A stretch of 64,000 bases of DNA from Chlorobiota bacterium. GTDB lineage: Bacteria > Bacteroidota > Bacteroidia > Bacteroidales > JAADGE01. This document shows positions 9,657 to 20,798 of this stretch, piece after piece. How positions within the stretch are numbered: position 1 is the first letter of the stretch; the number at the start of each line of letters is the position of its first letter. Made by a program: the position numbers and the translations under genes. Under the pieces are notes generated by a model. The model did no database searches and was not told the origin of the DNA. It saw nothing but the letters and a program-made list of their open reading frames with translations. The stretch is from NCBI GenBank assembly GCA_013152535.1, contig JAADGE010000012.1, positions 1,026 through 65,025 on the forward strand, written 5' to 3'.

Positions 9657-10577
9657 ATGCCTGAAAGTGAATATCACATACCTGTTTTATTACATAAGTC
9701 TGTTGACGGCCTAAACATTAAGCCCGACGGAATATATGCCGATTTAACTTTCGGAGGCGGCGGACATGCCCAAGAAATATTAAAGCACTTAAAAAAAGGG
9801 AAATTATTTGCTTTTGATCAAGACGAAGATGTTACAAAAAGAGCCAATGAATTATATAAAGAATTTCCCGGAAAGTTTTTTTTCTTCAAGGCAAACTTTG
9901 AATATTTCTCGAACTTTCTGCATTATGCGGGATATAAAAGTATTGACGGCATTTTAGCCGATCTCGGAGTCTCATCTCATCAATTTAACGATTCGGAAAG
10001 AGGATTTTCTTTTCGTTTTGACGGAATTCCGGATATGAGAATGAATCGCAAAGCAAAAAAATCGTCTGTTGATATATTAAACGAATATGAAGAAGAAGAA
10101 TTAATTTCTATTTTCAGAACTTACGGAGAAATAAAAAGTGCAAAAAAATTATCTGCAGCAATCATTCATAAAAGAGAAATCAAAAAAATTGAAACCCTAA
10201 AACAATTAAATTCATTGATTGATGAAGTTATTAAAACACAAAAAAAAAATAAAATTTATGCCCAAATTTATCAGGCATTAAGAATTGAAACAAACAACGA
10301 AACCTATGTGTTGAAAAAAATGCTTTCTCAATCGGTAAATTGTCTTAATTCGGGAGGTCGGCTGGTTGTTTTAAGCTATCATTCTCTCGAAGACAGATTG
10401 GTTAAAAATTTTATTAAGTTCCATAATTTTGATGGTTTACAAAAAAAGGATATTTACGGTAATCCGGAAAAATATTTCAAAGAAATAAACAAAAAAGTAA
10501 TTGTTCCGGATGAAGAAGAGATTGAAAAAAACAATCGTTCAAGAAGTGCCAAACTCAGAATAGCAGAAAAAATATAA
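9657..10577 (+). CDS. rsmH: 16S rRNA m4C1402 methyltransferase
   Basis: HIPVLL, TFGGGGH, DLGVSSHQ, SYHSLEDR and RSRSAKLR. Confidence 0.97.
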   Translation: MPESEYHIPVLLHKSVDGLNIKPDGIYADLTFGGGGHAQEILKHLKKGKLFAFDQDEDVTKRANELYKEFPGKFFFFKANFEYFSNFLHYAGYKSIDGILADLGVSSHQFNDSERGFSFRFDGIPDMRMNRKAKKSSVDILNEYEEEELISIFRTYGEIKSAKKLSAAIIHKREIKKIETLKQLNSLIDEVIKTQKKNKIYAQIYQALRIETNNETYVLKKMLSQSVNCLNSGGRLVVLSYHSLEDRLVKNFIKFHNFDGLQKKDIYGNPEKYFKEINKKVIVPDEEEIEKNNRSRSAKLRIAEKI

Positions 10578-10579
10578 TA

Positions 10580-10906
10580 ATGTCAGAAAAAAGAAATATT
10601 ATAAAAAATATTCTTACGGGAAATTGGTTAGGCAAAGGAATTAAAACCGCAAATATGTATTTTATTATGTTTATTATGTTCCTCACAGTACTATTGATTT
10701 ATAACAGATACAGAGCAGAAGAGTTAATTGTTAAAAAAAGTAAATTAAAAAATGAAGTCGAAATTTTACATTCAAAATACACAAAATCAAATACAAAATT
10801 AATGACCTCAGCAACCGAGAGGCAAATTGCAAAAGATACGGTAATAATTTCTGACGGTTTAAAATTACCGAAAAAACCATTGCCTCAAATCATTATAGAA
10901 AAATAA
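10580..10906 (+). CDS. ftsL: Cell division protein FtsL-like
   Basis: Single TM helix followed by a coiled coil, located between rsmH and ftsI. Confidence 0.75.
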   Translation: MSEKRNIIKNILTGNWLGKGIKTANMYFIMFIMFLTVLLIYNRYRAEELIVKKSKLKNEVEILHSKYTKSNTKLMTSATERQIAKDTVIISDGLKLPKKPLPQIIIEK

Positions 10907-10912
10907 ATTAGT

Positions 10913-13048
10913 TTGACCAAAAACAGCACACATATCGGCAAGAGAAAAATTATATTCAGAATGGGTATAATTTACCTGTTTATAATGGGTTTTGCTATAT
11001 ACCTGACAGCTAAACTCGTTGTTGTTATGTTTGTGAAAAATGATGTTTGGCAAAATCGCATCAACCACATAGCAATTGACTTAAGAGAGTCAAAACCGGA
11101 AAGAGGAAATATCTATGATGAATCCGGAAAGATATTAGCTTCTTCAATCAATTATTATGATGTTTTTATGGATACTGATGCCGGTGGATTAAGTGATAAA
11201 ATTTTTTCAGATAATATTGATTCACTCGCAATTTGTTTATCCGGTTTTTTTAAAGATAAATCAAAAAATGCCTATAAAAGAAAGTTGATTAATGCTCGAA
11301 AAAAGAAAATCAGGTATCTTAAAATTGCCGAAAATTTAACATATGATGAATTTGTTACCGTAAAAAACTTTCCGCTTTTCAGACTGTCGTCGAATAAAGG
11401 CGGTTTTATCAGCAAACGAATTACAAAACGTAAAAGACCTTTCGGCGAATTAATGCGACGTACAATCGGATTTTTAGGAGAAGATAAACAAACCGGTATT
11501 ATTCAAGGCAAAGCCGGCATCGAATTTTCTTATAATCGTGAACTCGGAGGAAGAGCAGGAAAATATTATATGCAAAAAATCGGCGGCGGTAATTGGCGAA
11601 AAATCAAAGACGGTGAAATCGTAAAAACAGAAGACGGTTTAGATGTGAAAACAACTATTGATATTGACCTGCAAGATTATGCGGATAACATTTTAAGAAA
11701 GCAATTAATGAAGCTGGAAGCCGATTACGGCTCTGTCATTGTTATGGAAGTAAAAACCGGTTATATCAAAGCAATTGTAAATTTAAAACGTTATGATAAT
11801 AACAGTTTCTCTGAAATTTTCAATTATGCCGTAGGTGAAAATTTAGCACCCGGATCAACTTTTAAACTGCCGGTTCTTATGGCCGCTCTCGAAGACGGGT
11901 ATGTTGATTTAGATGACATTGTAGATACCGGAAACGGTCATATTATGTATCACGGTGTTGCTGTTGATGATGCAGGCTTCGAAAGTTATGGCAAAATACC
12001 TGTATATCAGGTGTTTGCAAAATCCTCCAATGTCGGAATGCTGAAAATAATTGATAATAATTATGTTAAGAAGGGCAGATTTAATCGTTTTTTAGAACAG
12101 TTAAATGCTCTCGGAATCACCGATATTTCCGGAGTTGATATTTTCGGCGAACATAAACCTGAAATTAATTCTCCCGAAAGTAAATCTTGGGCACCGTCTT
12201 CTCCAGGTATGATTGCTCATGGTTATGAAGTAAAAATATCACCTTTGCAAATTCTTACTTTTTATAACTCTGTTGCAAATAATGGTGTAAGGGTAAAACC
12301 TCGAATCGTAAAAAGTTTGGAAAAAGACGGAATCACAGTAAAAGAATTTAAACCGGAAATTTCAAATTCAATGATTTGTTCAAAATCAACATTAAAAAAA
12401 GCACAAAAAATTTTACGAGATGTTGTTACTATAGGAACAGCTAAAGCCATAAATAATGATAAATACAAAATTTCAGGCAAAACCGGAACAACACAATATT
12501 ACGACATAAAACAACACAAACATATTAACCAATATCGCGGCTCATTTGTAGGATATTTTCCTTCAGACAATCCTAAATATTCAATTATTGTTGAAATTAA
12601 TAAACCAAAAACACAGTATTACGGTGCACAAGCTGCCGCACCGGTTTTTAAAAAAATTGCCGATAAGATTTTTTCACGCGACAGAGACATTAATCCGCCC
12701 GAAGAAGAAATTACTCCCGACAGTTTAAAAATTCCGAGTTTTAAAATTGCTGCTGCCGATGATATTAAATATATCCTTAAAACACTGGATTACAAAACAG
12801 AAACTTTTGAAGATAACAAATGGCTTTCGGTAAAAACAGATAAACACAATTTAAAAGCAGAATCGACGAAAATGACCGAAAAATTTGTTCCGAACGTAAA
12901 AAATACCGGTGCAAAAGATGCTGTATTTATTCTCGAAAATTTGGGTCTTAATGTGAGTATAAAAGGCAGAGGCAGAGTTGTTTATCAATCATTAAAATCG
13001 GGAACAGAAATTAAAAAAGGAACAAAAATTAATTTAGTATTAAACTAA
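10913..13048 (+). CDS. ftsI: Class B PBP (FtsI/PBP3) with a C-terminal PASTA domain
   Basis: PERGNIYD, STFK, SSN and KTGT motifs, with a VPNV PASTA-like tail. Confidence 0.93.
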   Translation: MTKNSTHIGKRKIIFRMGIIYLFIMGFAIYLTAKLVVVMFVKNDVWQNRINHIAIDLRESKPERGNIYDESGKILASSINYYDVFMDTDAGGLSDKIFSDNIDSLAICLSGFFKDKSKNAYKRKLINARKKKIRYLKIAENLTYDEFVTVKNFPLFRLSSNKGGFISKRITKRKRPFGELMRRTIGFLGEDKQTGIIQGKAGIEFSYNRELGGRAGKYYMQKIGGGNWRKIKDGEIVKTEDGLDVKTTIDIDLQDYADNILRKQLMKLEADYGSVIVMEVKTGYIKAIVNLKRYDNNSFSEIFNYAVGENLAPGSTFKLPVLMAALEDGYVDLDDIVDTGNGHIMYHGVAVDDAGFESYGKIPVYQVFAKSSNVGMLKIIDNNYVKKGRFNRFLEQLNALGITDISGVDIFGEHKPEINSPESKSWAPSSPGMIAHGYEVKISPLQILTFYNSVANNGVRVKPRIVKSLEKDGITVKEFKPEISNSMICSKSTLKKAQKILRDVVTIGTAKAINNDKYKISGKTGTTQYYDIKQHKHINQYRGSFVGYFPSDNPKYSIIVEINKPKTQYYGAQAAAPVFKKIADKIFSRDRDINPPEEEITPDSLKIPSFKIAAADDIKYILKTLDYKTETFEDNKWLSVKTDKHNLKAESTKMTEKFVPNVKNTGAKDAVFILENLGLNVSIKGRGRVVYQSLKSGTEIKKGTKINLVLN

Positions 13049-14503
13049 ATGGCAAAAACCTTAAAACATATCATTAAAAATACTTATGCAGTATTAATTT
13101 CGGGTTCGCTTGATACAAAAATTTCGGGTATCAGCTTCGATTCTCGCAGAACCGAAAAAGGAGATTTGTTTGTTGCCGTTAAAGGAACTAATTCAGACGG
13201 TCATTTATTTATCGAAAAAGCTGTTAAAAACGGAGCTGTTGCCGTTCTGGCGGAACATACCGAAAATATTGACTATACGGTTACAATTCTGCAATCACAA
13301 AATACATCAAAAGCACTCGCACATATTGCCTCTGAATTTTACGACAATCCTTCCGAAAAAATTAAACTGGTAGGGATTATCGGTACAAACGGGAAAACCA
13401 CAACCGCAACTTTGCTGTATCACTATTTTCGAAATGCCGGTTATAAAGTAGGTTTGATTTCAACCGTAAAAAATTATATTAACGAAACGGAAATTGATGC
13501 AAATTACACTACTCCCGATGCCGTAACTTTTAATAAACTGCTGAAACAAATGACAAATGCCGGTTGTGAATATTGCTTTGCGGAAATCAGTTCTCACGCC
13601 ATTCATCAAAACAGAACGGCAGCTCTGCAATTTACCGGCGGTATTTTCACAAACATTACGCACGACCATTTGGACTATCACAAAACATTTGCAGAATATC
13701 TGAAAGTGAAAAAGAAATTCTTTGACAATCTTCCTGAATCGGCATTTTCACTGGTCAACATTGACGATAAAAACGGAAATGTAATGCTTCAAAATACGAA
13801 ATCCGAAAAACACACTTACGCATTAAAAAGTTTTGCCGATTTCAAAGGAAAAATTCTCGAACTTCATTTCGACGGAACGTTTATGTCAATTAACGAAACA
13901 GAACTTTGGACTTTACTCATCGGAAAATTTAACGCTTACAACATTACGGCAGTTTATGCAAGTGCCGTTCTTTTAAATCAAAATCCGGAAAATGTATTAA
14001 GAATTTTAAGCAATTTGAAACCTGTTAAAGGTCGTTTCGAAACCGTAAAAATTAATAACATTACGGCAATCATTGATTATGCACACACACCTGATGCTCT
14101 GGATAATGTACTGAAAACAATAAACGAAATCAAAAAAGAAAATCAAAATTTAATTACAATTGCAGGTGCCGGAGGAAATCGCGATAAAACCAAGCGTCCG
14201 CTTATGGCAAAAATAGCCATGGCAGGAAGCAATAAGCTAATATTAACATCCGATAATCCGAGAGATGAAAATCCGGAACAAATTATTAAAGACATGCTTG
14301 ACGGAATTGAAAAAACCGACAGAAAAAATGTATTAAAAATTACCGACAGAAAAGAAGCAATAAAAGTTGCCTCGGCACTGGCTCAACAAAATGACATTAT
14401 TTTAATTGCCGGAAAAGGACACGAAGATTATCAAATTATCAAAGGAGAAAAATATCATTTTGACGATAAAGAAATAATAACCGAAATTTTAAATGATTTA
14501 TAA
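13049..14503 (+). CDS. murE: UDP-MurNAc-tripeptide synthetase (mDAP ligase)
   Basis: GTNGKTT, FTNITHDHLDYH, DYAHTPD, DNPR and AGKGHE. Confidence 0.96.
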   Translation: MAKTLKHIIKNTYAVLISGSLDTKISGISFDSRRTEKGDLFVAVKGTNSDGHLFIEKAVKNGAVAVLAEHTENIDYTVTILQSQNTSKALAHIASEFYDNPSEKIKLVGIIGTNGKTTTATLLYHYFRNAGYKVGLISTVKNYINETEIDANYTTPDAVTFNKLLKQMTNAGCEYCFAEISSHAIHQNRTAALQFTGGIFTNITHDHLDYHKTFAEYLKVKKKFFDNLPESAFSLVNIDDKNGNVMLQNTKSEKHTYALKSFADFKGKILELHFDGTFMSINETELWTLLIGKFNAYNITAVYASAVLLNQNPENVLRILSNLKPVKGRFETVKINNITAIIDYAHTPDALDNVLKTINEIKKENQNLITIAGAGGNRDKTKRPLMAKIAMAGSNKLILTSDNPRDENPEQIIKDMLDGIEKTDRKNVLKITDRKEAIKVASALAQQNDIILIAGKGHEDYQIIKGEKYHFDDKEIITEILNDL

Positions 14504-14521
14504 ATAAAAAGCTGAAAATTA

Positions 14522-15748
14522 ATGTTTTACTACTTGTTTGAATATCTTGATAAAATTGATTTTGCGGGTGCCGGACTGTTTCATTACTTATCTTTCAGAG
14601 CTGCACTGGCAGCAATAACCTCTTTGATTGTGTCAATGATATTCGGTAAAAAAATTATTCGTTTCCTTCAAAAAAAACAAATCGGTGAAGTTGTGAGAGA
14701 TTTAGGTTTAGAAGGACAATACGAAAAAAAAGGTACTCCGACAATGGGTGGTATCATCATTATTGCAGCTATTCTGATTCCGGTTCTTTTATTTGCAAAA
14801 GTAGGAAATATATACATCATTTTAATGATAATAACAACCGTTTGGATGGGCATTATCGGTTTTATTGATGACTACATTAAAACATTCAAAAAAAATAAAG
14901 CCGGTTTATCCGGAAAATGGAAAATTTTCGGTCAGGTTACTTTGGGCTTAATTGTCGGCTTAACATTTTATTTCAGCGACGATATTCAAATTCGTGAGCA
15001 TCCTGTAATGTCCGAATTAAATAATCCGATTGTTGAAGTTAATCAAAACCGGTATTCACAATCGGAAAAACCCTTAAAAACAACCATACCCTTTGTTAAA
15101 AATAATGAATTCGACTATAAAGAAATGGTCAGTTTTATGGGCGAAAATTCCGAAATTGCAGCATGGATTGTATTCGTTGTTTTAGTAATTATCATTATTA
15201 CGGCTGTATCCAACGGAGCAAATATGACCGACGGATTAGACGGTCTTGCTACCGGAATATCCTCCATTATCGGTGCGGCACTTGCCGTTTTCGCCTATGT
15301 TTCGGGTAACTTAATATTTGCCGATTATCTTAATATAATGTATATCCCTAATATCGGTGAGTTGGTTGTTTTTGCAGCTGCATTTATGGGTGCAACCATC
15401 GGATTTTTATGGTATAACTCCTATCCGGCACAAGTATTTATGGGCGATACCGGAAGTTTAACAATCGGAGGTATCATTGCGGTTTTTGCCGTTATTGTCA
15501 GAAAAGAATTGCTAATTCCTCTGTTGGCAGGAATTTTTTTAATAGAAAATTTATCCGTTATAATGCAAGTTGCATGGTTCAAATACACAAGAAAAAAATA
15601 CGGCAAAGGCAGACGCATTTTTTTAATGGCACCTCTGCATCATCATTTTCAGAAAAAAGGTTTGCCGGAATCTAAAATCGTTTCGCGTTTTTGGATTGTC
15701 GGAATTTTATTAGCAATACTTACAATTATTACACTTAAAATCAGATAA
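14522..15748 (+). CDS. mraY: Phospho-MurNAc-pentapeptide transferase
   Basis: [26 protein letters not shown] and APLHHHF. Confidence 0.97.
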   Translation: MFYYLFEYLDKIDFAGAGLFHYLSFRAALAAITSLIVSMIFGKKIIRFLQKKQIGEVVRDLGLEGQYEKKGTPTMGGIIIIAAILIPVLLFAKVGNIYIILMIITTVWMGIIGFIDDYIKTFKKNKAGLSGKWKIFGQVTLGLIVGLTFYFSDDIQIREHPVMSELNNPIVEVNQNRYSQSEKPLKTTIPFVKNNEFDYKEMVSFMGENSEIAAWIVFVVLVIIIITAVSNGANMTDGLDGLATGISSIIGAALAVFAYVSGNLIFADYLNIMYIPNIGELVVFAAAFMGATIGFLWYNSYPAQVFMGDTGSLTIGGIIAVFAVIVRKELLIPLLAGIFLIENLSVIMQVAWFKYTRKKYGKGRRIFLMAPLHHHFQKKGLPESKIVSRFWIVGILLAILTIITLKIR

Positions 15749-15759
15749 TTAATTCTTAA

Positions 15760-17097
15760 ATGAAGAAAGAAAGAGCAGTCATACTCGGAGCAGGCGAAAG
15801 CGGAACAGGAGCAGCAATTCTTGCAAAAAAGCAAAATTTTGATGTCTTTGTTTCCGACAAAGGAATTATTAAGAGTAACTATAAAACTCTTTTGGAGAAA
15901 CATAACATTCCTTTTGAAGAAGGTCTGCATACCGAAGAAAAAATATTAAATGCCGATTTTATTATAAAAAGTCCCGGAATTCCGGACACGGCAGAATTAA
16001 TAAAAAATGCACTTTCACAAAATATTCCTGTTGTTTCCGAAATTGAATTTGCCGGCAAATACACCGATGCTAAAATGATTTGTATTACCGGAAGCAACGG
16101 AAAAACAACAACTACGGAACTGACCTATCATATTTTAAAAAATGCCGGGATGAATGTCGGACTTGCAGGGAATGTCGGTAAATCTTTGGCATTGCAAGTT
16201 GCCGAAAATAACTTTGATGTTTTTGTAGTAGAATTAAGCAGTTTTCAACTCGACGGAATGAAAGATTTCAAAGCCGATATTGCCGTTCTTTTAAACATTA
16301 CACCCGATCATTTAAATCGTTATGAAAATAAATTTGAAAACTATATTAATTCGAAATTAAAAATTATTCAAAATCAAACAGAAACTGACGCTTTTATTTA
16401 TTGTGCCGATGACGATGTTATCACATCAGAAATAGCAAAACGATTAATTAAAGCAAAACAATTTCCTTTTTCGATAAAAAAATCGGTAAAACAAGGAGCC
16501 TATAAAAAAGACAAGCAGTTTGTTACAAACATAAACCAAAAACAATTTACCATGGAAAACGGATTATTAGCACTTGAAGGCGAACATAATATGTACAATT
16601 CGATGGCAGCCGGAATTACGGCAAAACTGAATAAAATTTCCGATACCCAACTTAAAAAAAGTTTATCCGATTTTACGGGCGTTGAACATCGACTGGAAAA
16701 ATACCTGAAAATCAGGAATATACAATTCATAAATGACAGCAAAGCAACAAATGTAAACTCAGTTTGGTATGCGTTGCAAACCGTCAACGAAAAAATTATT
16801 TTGATTATGGGCGGACAAGATAAAGGCAATGATTACGGAATGTTAAAAGATTTAATAAGACGAAAAGTTAAAGCCGTTGTTGCTTTAGGTGTGGATAATG
16901 CACCTATCATTAAAGCCTTTGAAGAGACTGTTCCGGTTTACGATACAAATTCTATGGAAAGTGCTGTAAATATTTCTTATCAGCTTGCTGATGAGGGCGA
17001 TACAGTTCTTTTGTCTCCGGCTTGTGCAAGTTTCGATTTATTTAAAAATTATGAAGAAAGAGGACAAAAATTTAAAGAAGCTGTAAGAAATTTGTAA
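15760..17097 (+). CDS. murD: UDP-MurNAc-L-Ala:D-Glu ligase
   Basis: ITGSNGKTT, ELSSFQL, NDSKATN and LSPACASFD. Confidence 0.97.
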   Translation: MKKERAVILGAGESGTGAAILAKKQNFDVFVSDKGIIKSNYKTLLEKHNIPFEEGLHTEEKILNADFIIKSPGIPDTAELIKNALSQNIPVVSEIEFAGKYTDAKMICITGSNGKTTTTELTYHILKNAGMNVGLAGNVGKSLALQVAENNFDVFVVELSSFQLDGMKDFKADIAVLLNITPDHLNRYENKFENYINSKLKIIQNQTETDAFIYCADDDVITSEIAKRLIKAKQFPFSIKKSVKQGAYKKDKQFVTNINQKQFTMENGLLALEGEHNMYNSMAAGITAKLNKISDTQLKKSLSDFTGVEHRLEKYLKIRNIQFINDSKATNVNSVWYALQTVNEKIILIMGGQDKGNDYGMLKDLIRRKVKAVVALGVDNAPIIKAFEETVPVYDTNSMESAVNISYQLADEGDTVLLSPACASFDLFKNYEERGQKFKEAVRNL

Positions 17098-17138
17098 ATA
17101 ACAGAATTTAAAAACTTTAATAAAAACAAACTCAATAA

Positions 17139-18287
17139 ATGATTGTATTAAGAAAATATTTTAAAGGAGACCCTGTAATTTGGATAATCAGTTTTTTACT
17201 GCTGATTATTTCCATTCCTGCCGTTTACAGTGCATCTGCTCTAATTTCACTGAAATCCGGTGATATACATTTTCTTGTCAGACAGTTTTTCGGTGTTATA
17301 ACTGCTGCAATTGTTATTTACCTTTCATACCGTATTCCTTATAAAAAATATATCTCATTAATAAAAATCATTTTCCCGATTGCTGTATTCCTGTTAATTC
17401 TTACTTTAGTTTCAGGTTCGTCGGTAAACGATGCAAAACGCTGGATTGCCCTTCCCGGAACAGGCATTATGCTGCAAACTTCCGAAATTGCAAAACTTGC
17501 ACTGATAATGTTTGTTGCAAAAAATCTGGCAATAAAAAGCGACACAGAGACTTACGAAAAAAATGTAAAAAAAGCTACTTGGGGAAGTGTTATTGCAATC
17601 GGATTGATTTTTCCGGCAGATTTATCCTCAGCATTATTAATTAGTTTGATTATTACCATCATCTATTTTGCAGCTGCCGTTAAAATTAAAATTATTTATA
17701 AAATCTTATTAATTGCATTCGGATTAATGGTTATGTATGTTCTGGCTGCCGAAGTATTCGAATTACCCGGACGATTTTCAACTTGGCAACACCGTATCGA
17801 AACTTTTATCGGTAACAAAGATGCTGTCAGCAGTGATGATACCTATCAGGCAGATGTTTCTAAAATGGCAATTGTAAACGGCGGTTTTTTCGGAAAAGGA
17901 CCCGGCAACGGTACTTTAAGATTTTTACTGCCGCAATCACATTCCGATTTTATTTTTGCTTTCATTACGGAAGAATACGGGTTAGTTCTCGCTGTTTTTA
18001 TTATCATTTTATACCTTATTTTATTTTACAGAGGTATCAGAGCCGCAAACAAAACAAAAAGTTTATTTGCAATATATTTAGTTTTAGGTTTTAGTCTTAT
18101 GATTATTTTTCAGGCATTTATAAATATAGGAGTTTCGGTAGGTGCGTTGCCTGTTACGGGACAAACACTTCCTTTAATCAGTATGGGAAGAACATCGCTT
18201 TTGGTAACGAGTTTTGCTGTAGGTGTAATGCTGAATGTCAGTAAAAATCAAAATTTTGAAACAAATTCCGGAACATATGAAGAATAA
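17139..18287 (+). CDS. ftsW: SEDS peptidoglycan polymerase FtsW
   Basis: AKRWI, QTSEIAK, LPQSHSDFIF and LPVTGQTLPLIS. Confidence 0.95.
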   Translation: MIVLRKYFKGDPVIWIISFLLLIISIPAVYSASALISLKSGDIHFLVRQFFGVITAAIVIYLSYRIPYKKYISLIKIIFPIAVFLLILTLVSGSSVNDAKRWIALPGTGIMLQTSEIAKLALIMFVAKNLAIKSDTETYEKNVKKATWGSVIAIGLIFPADLSSALLISLIITIIYFAAAVKIKIIYKILLIAFGLMVMYVLAAEVFELPGRFSTWQHRIETFIGNKDAVSSDDTYQADVSKMAIVNGGFFGKGPGNGTLRFLLPQSHSDFIFAFITEEYGLVLAVFIIILYLILFYRGIRAANKTKSLFAIYLVLGFSLMIIFQAFINIGVSVGALPVTGQTLPLISMGRTSLLVTSFAVGVMLNVSKNQNFETNSGTYEE

Positions 18288-19380
18288 AAAAATTATCATA
18301 AGCGGAGGCGGAACGGGAGGTCATATTTTCCCGGCAATTGCTGTTGCTCAGGCATTAAAAAGAATTGATGAAAATATTGAAATTTTATTTGTAGGTGCAA
18401 AAGGTAAAATTGAAGAACGAAAAGTTCCCGAAGCCGGATTTAATATAAAATTAATTGACATCAGAGGTTTTCAAAGAAAAGTATCTTTTGAAACGCTTAA
18501 AAACATCTTTCGATTAATTAAAAGCTTGTTTCGTGCCTTAAAAATAATAAGAAAATTTAAACCCGATGTTGTTGTCGGTGTCGGGGGTTATGCAAGCGGG
18601 CCGGTAGTTTTTATTGCTTCACTTAAAGGCATTCCCACCGTAATTCAAGAACAAAATTCGTATCCGGGTATCACAAATAAAATATTATCAAAAAGAGCCG
18701 ACAAAATATGCGTTGCTTATGATGCCGTAAAAAAATATTTCCCGAAAGATAAAATTATTGAAACCGGAAACCCGATCAGAAAAAAAATTACGGATACCGA
18801 TGCAACCAGAGAAGAAGTTTTGGAATTTTTCAATTTGCAAACTGATAAAAAAGTTATCCTGAGCCTCGGAGGAAGCGGAGGTGCCAAAAGTATCAATAAC
18901 GGGATAAAAGCAAAATTAGACAAAATAGCAAAATCCGATGTCTTTTTTATCTGGCAAACAGGTAAAAATTACTATGAAAATTCTTTAAAAGCAGTTGAAG
19001 AAATAAATGCCTCAAATATTAAAATTTATGATTTTATTTCTCGTATGGATTTAGCATACAAAGCTGCCGATCTCGTAATTTCAAGAGCCGGAGCAGGTAC
19101 AATTTCGGAACTTTCAATGCTCGAAAAAGCCGTTATTTTAGTGCCTTCGCCTAATGTTGCCGAAGACCACCAAACAAAAAATGCCTCAGCATTGGTTAAT
19201 ATAAATGCTGCCGTATTGATAAAAGATAATGAAACCGAAAATAAATTAATCGATACAGCATTGGAACTTGTAAATAATAAAATGAAATTAAAAGAATTAT
19301 CAGAAAATATCATAAAAGAAAAAAGACCGAATTCCGATAATTTAATAGCTGAAGAAATTTTAAAACTGATTAAAAAATAA
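18277..19380 (+). CDS. murG: Undecaprenyl-PP-MurNAc-pentapeptide GlcNAc transferase
   Basis: SGGGTGGHIFP, GGYAS, EQNS, ISRAGA and DHQTKNA. The ATG at 18277 is the likely start. Confidence 0.97.
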   Translation: MKNKKIIISGGGTGGHIFPAIAVAQALKRIDENIEILFVGAKGKIEERKVPEAGFNIKLIDIRGFQRKVSFETLKNIFRLIKSLFRALKIIRKFKPDVVVGVGGYASGPVVFIASLKGIPTVIQEQNSYPGITNKILSKRADKICVAYDAVKKYFPKDKIIETGNPIRKKITDTDATREEVLEFFNLQTDKKVILSLGGSGGAKSINNGIKAKLDKIAKSDVFFIWQTGKNYYENSLKAVEEINASNIKIYDFISRMDLAYKAADLVISRAGAGTISELSMLEKAVILVPSPNVAEDHQTKNASALVNINAAVLIKDNETENKLIDTALELVNNKMKLKELSENIIKEKRPNSDNLIAEEILKLIKK

Positions 19381-19391
19381 TCATAACAGTT

Positions 19392-20798
19392 GTGAATATT
19401 ATAAATAAAGACATATTAAATACAATTAAAGCAGTTTATTTTATCGGTGCAGGCGGTATCGGAATGAGTGCAATCGCTGAGTTCTTTCTAAAGGCAGGTA
19501 TTTATACGGCAGGATATGATAAAACTCCGAGCCGTATTACCGATAACCTAATTAAAGAAGGTGCAGGCATTCATTTCAATGATGATATCAATCTGATACC
19601 CGGGAAAATAATCGACATTTCGAAAGAAGATGTCTTAATTATATACACTCCGGCAATACCCGAAAGTCATACGGAATTAAATTATTTCTTCACGAACAAT
19701 TATACTGTTTTAAAACGTTCCGAAATCCTGAGAATTATAACATCACAGTCAAAAGTTTTAGCAGTTGCCGGAACACACGGAAAAACATCGGTTTCAACAA
19801 TAATTGCACATATTTTTAAAAGTGCGGAAAAAGATGTAAATGCTTTTCTCGGCGGAATTTCAAAAAATTACAATTCAAATTTAATCCTTTCAACAAATCC
19901 GAAAAATGCCGAATTTTCCGTAGCAGAAGCTGACGAATTTGATCGTTCATTTCTAAAATTATTCCCGAAAACAGCGGTTATTACGTCAATTGACGAAGAT
20001 CATCTCGATATTTACAAAGATTTAAATGACATCAGAAATACTTTTGAACAATTTATCAGTCAAATTGATAAAAACGGAAATTTGATTATAAAAAATACGC
20101 TGAAAATACACCCTGAAGTATTCCCGCAGCATGTTTTCACTTATGCTTTTTCGGAAAAATCCGATTACTATGCAAAAAATATCAAAACAAATTCGATGCA
20201 AAGCCATTTTGATATCGTAACACCCGAAGGTATTATCAACGATGTTATTATTAATATTCCGGGGAATATAAATATTGAAAACGTTGTGGCAGCGGCAGCA
20301 ACAGCAGATATTCACGGAATATCACATCAAAATATTAAAGATGCCTTATTTTCGTGGCAAGGTGTAAAACGACGATTTGATTATATAATTAATACTCCGG
20401 ATTTAGTTTACATTAATGATTATGCCCATCATCCGAAAGAATTATCAAGTTTTATACATTCGGTAAAAAATTTATATCCGGATAAAAACCTCATCGGTAT
20501 TTTTCAGCCGCACCTGTACAGCAGAACTCGTGATTTTGCAGATGAATTTGCCCGCAGTTTATGTTTATGCAACGAAATTATTTTATTAAATATTTATCCG
20601 GCAAGAGAAGACCCGATACCCGGTGTAAGTTCAAAAATAATTTTTGATAAAATGAAATTAAAAAATAAAATTCTCATTAAAAAAGAAGAACTGCCGGAAA
20701 TACTGAAAGTAAAAGAAAACTCGGTGTATATGACGATGGGTGCCGGTGATATTGACGAATATACCAAAAAAATAAAAAGTTTTTTATTAAAAAAATGA
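19392..20798 (+). CDS. murC: UDP-MurNAc:L-Ala ligase
   Basis: GAGGIGMS, AGTHGKT, EADEFDRSF, DYAHHP and FQPHLYSRT. Confidence 0.97.
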   Translation: MNIINKDILNTIKAVYFIGAGGIGMSAIAEFFLKAGIYTAGYDKTPSRITDNLIKEGAGIHFNDDINLIPGKIIDISKEDVLIIYTPAIPESHTELNYFFTNNYTVLKRSEILRIITSQSKVLAVAGTHGKTSVSTIIAHIFKSAEKDVNAFLGGISKNYNSNLILSTNPKNAEFSVAEADEFDRSFLKLFPKTAVITSIDEDHLDIYKDLNDIRNTFEQFISQIDKNGNLIIKNTLKIHPEVFPQHVFTYAFSEKSDYYAKNIKTNSMQSHFDIVTPEGIINDVIINIPGNINIENVVAAAATADIHGISHQNIKDALFSWQGVKRRFDYIINTPDLVYINDYAHHPKELSSFIHSVKNLYPDKNLIGIFQPHLYSRTRDFADEFARSLCLCNEIILLNIYPAREDPIPGVSSKIIFDKMKLKNKILIKKEELPEILKVKENSVYMTMGAGDIDEYTKKIKSFLLKK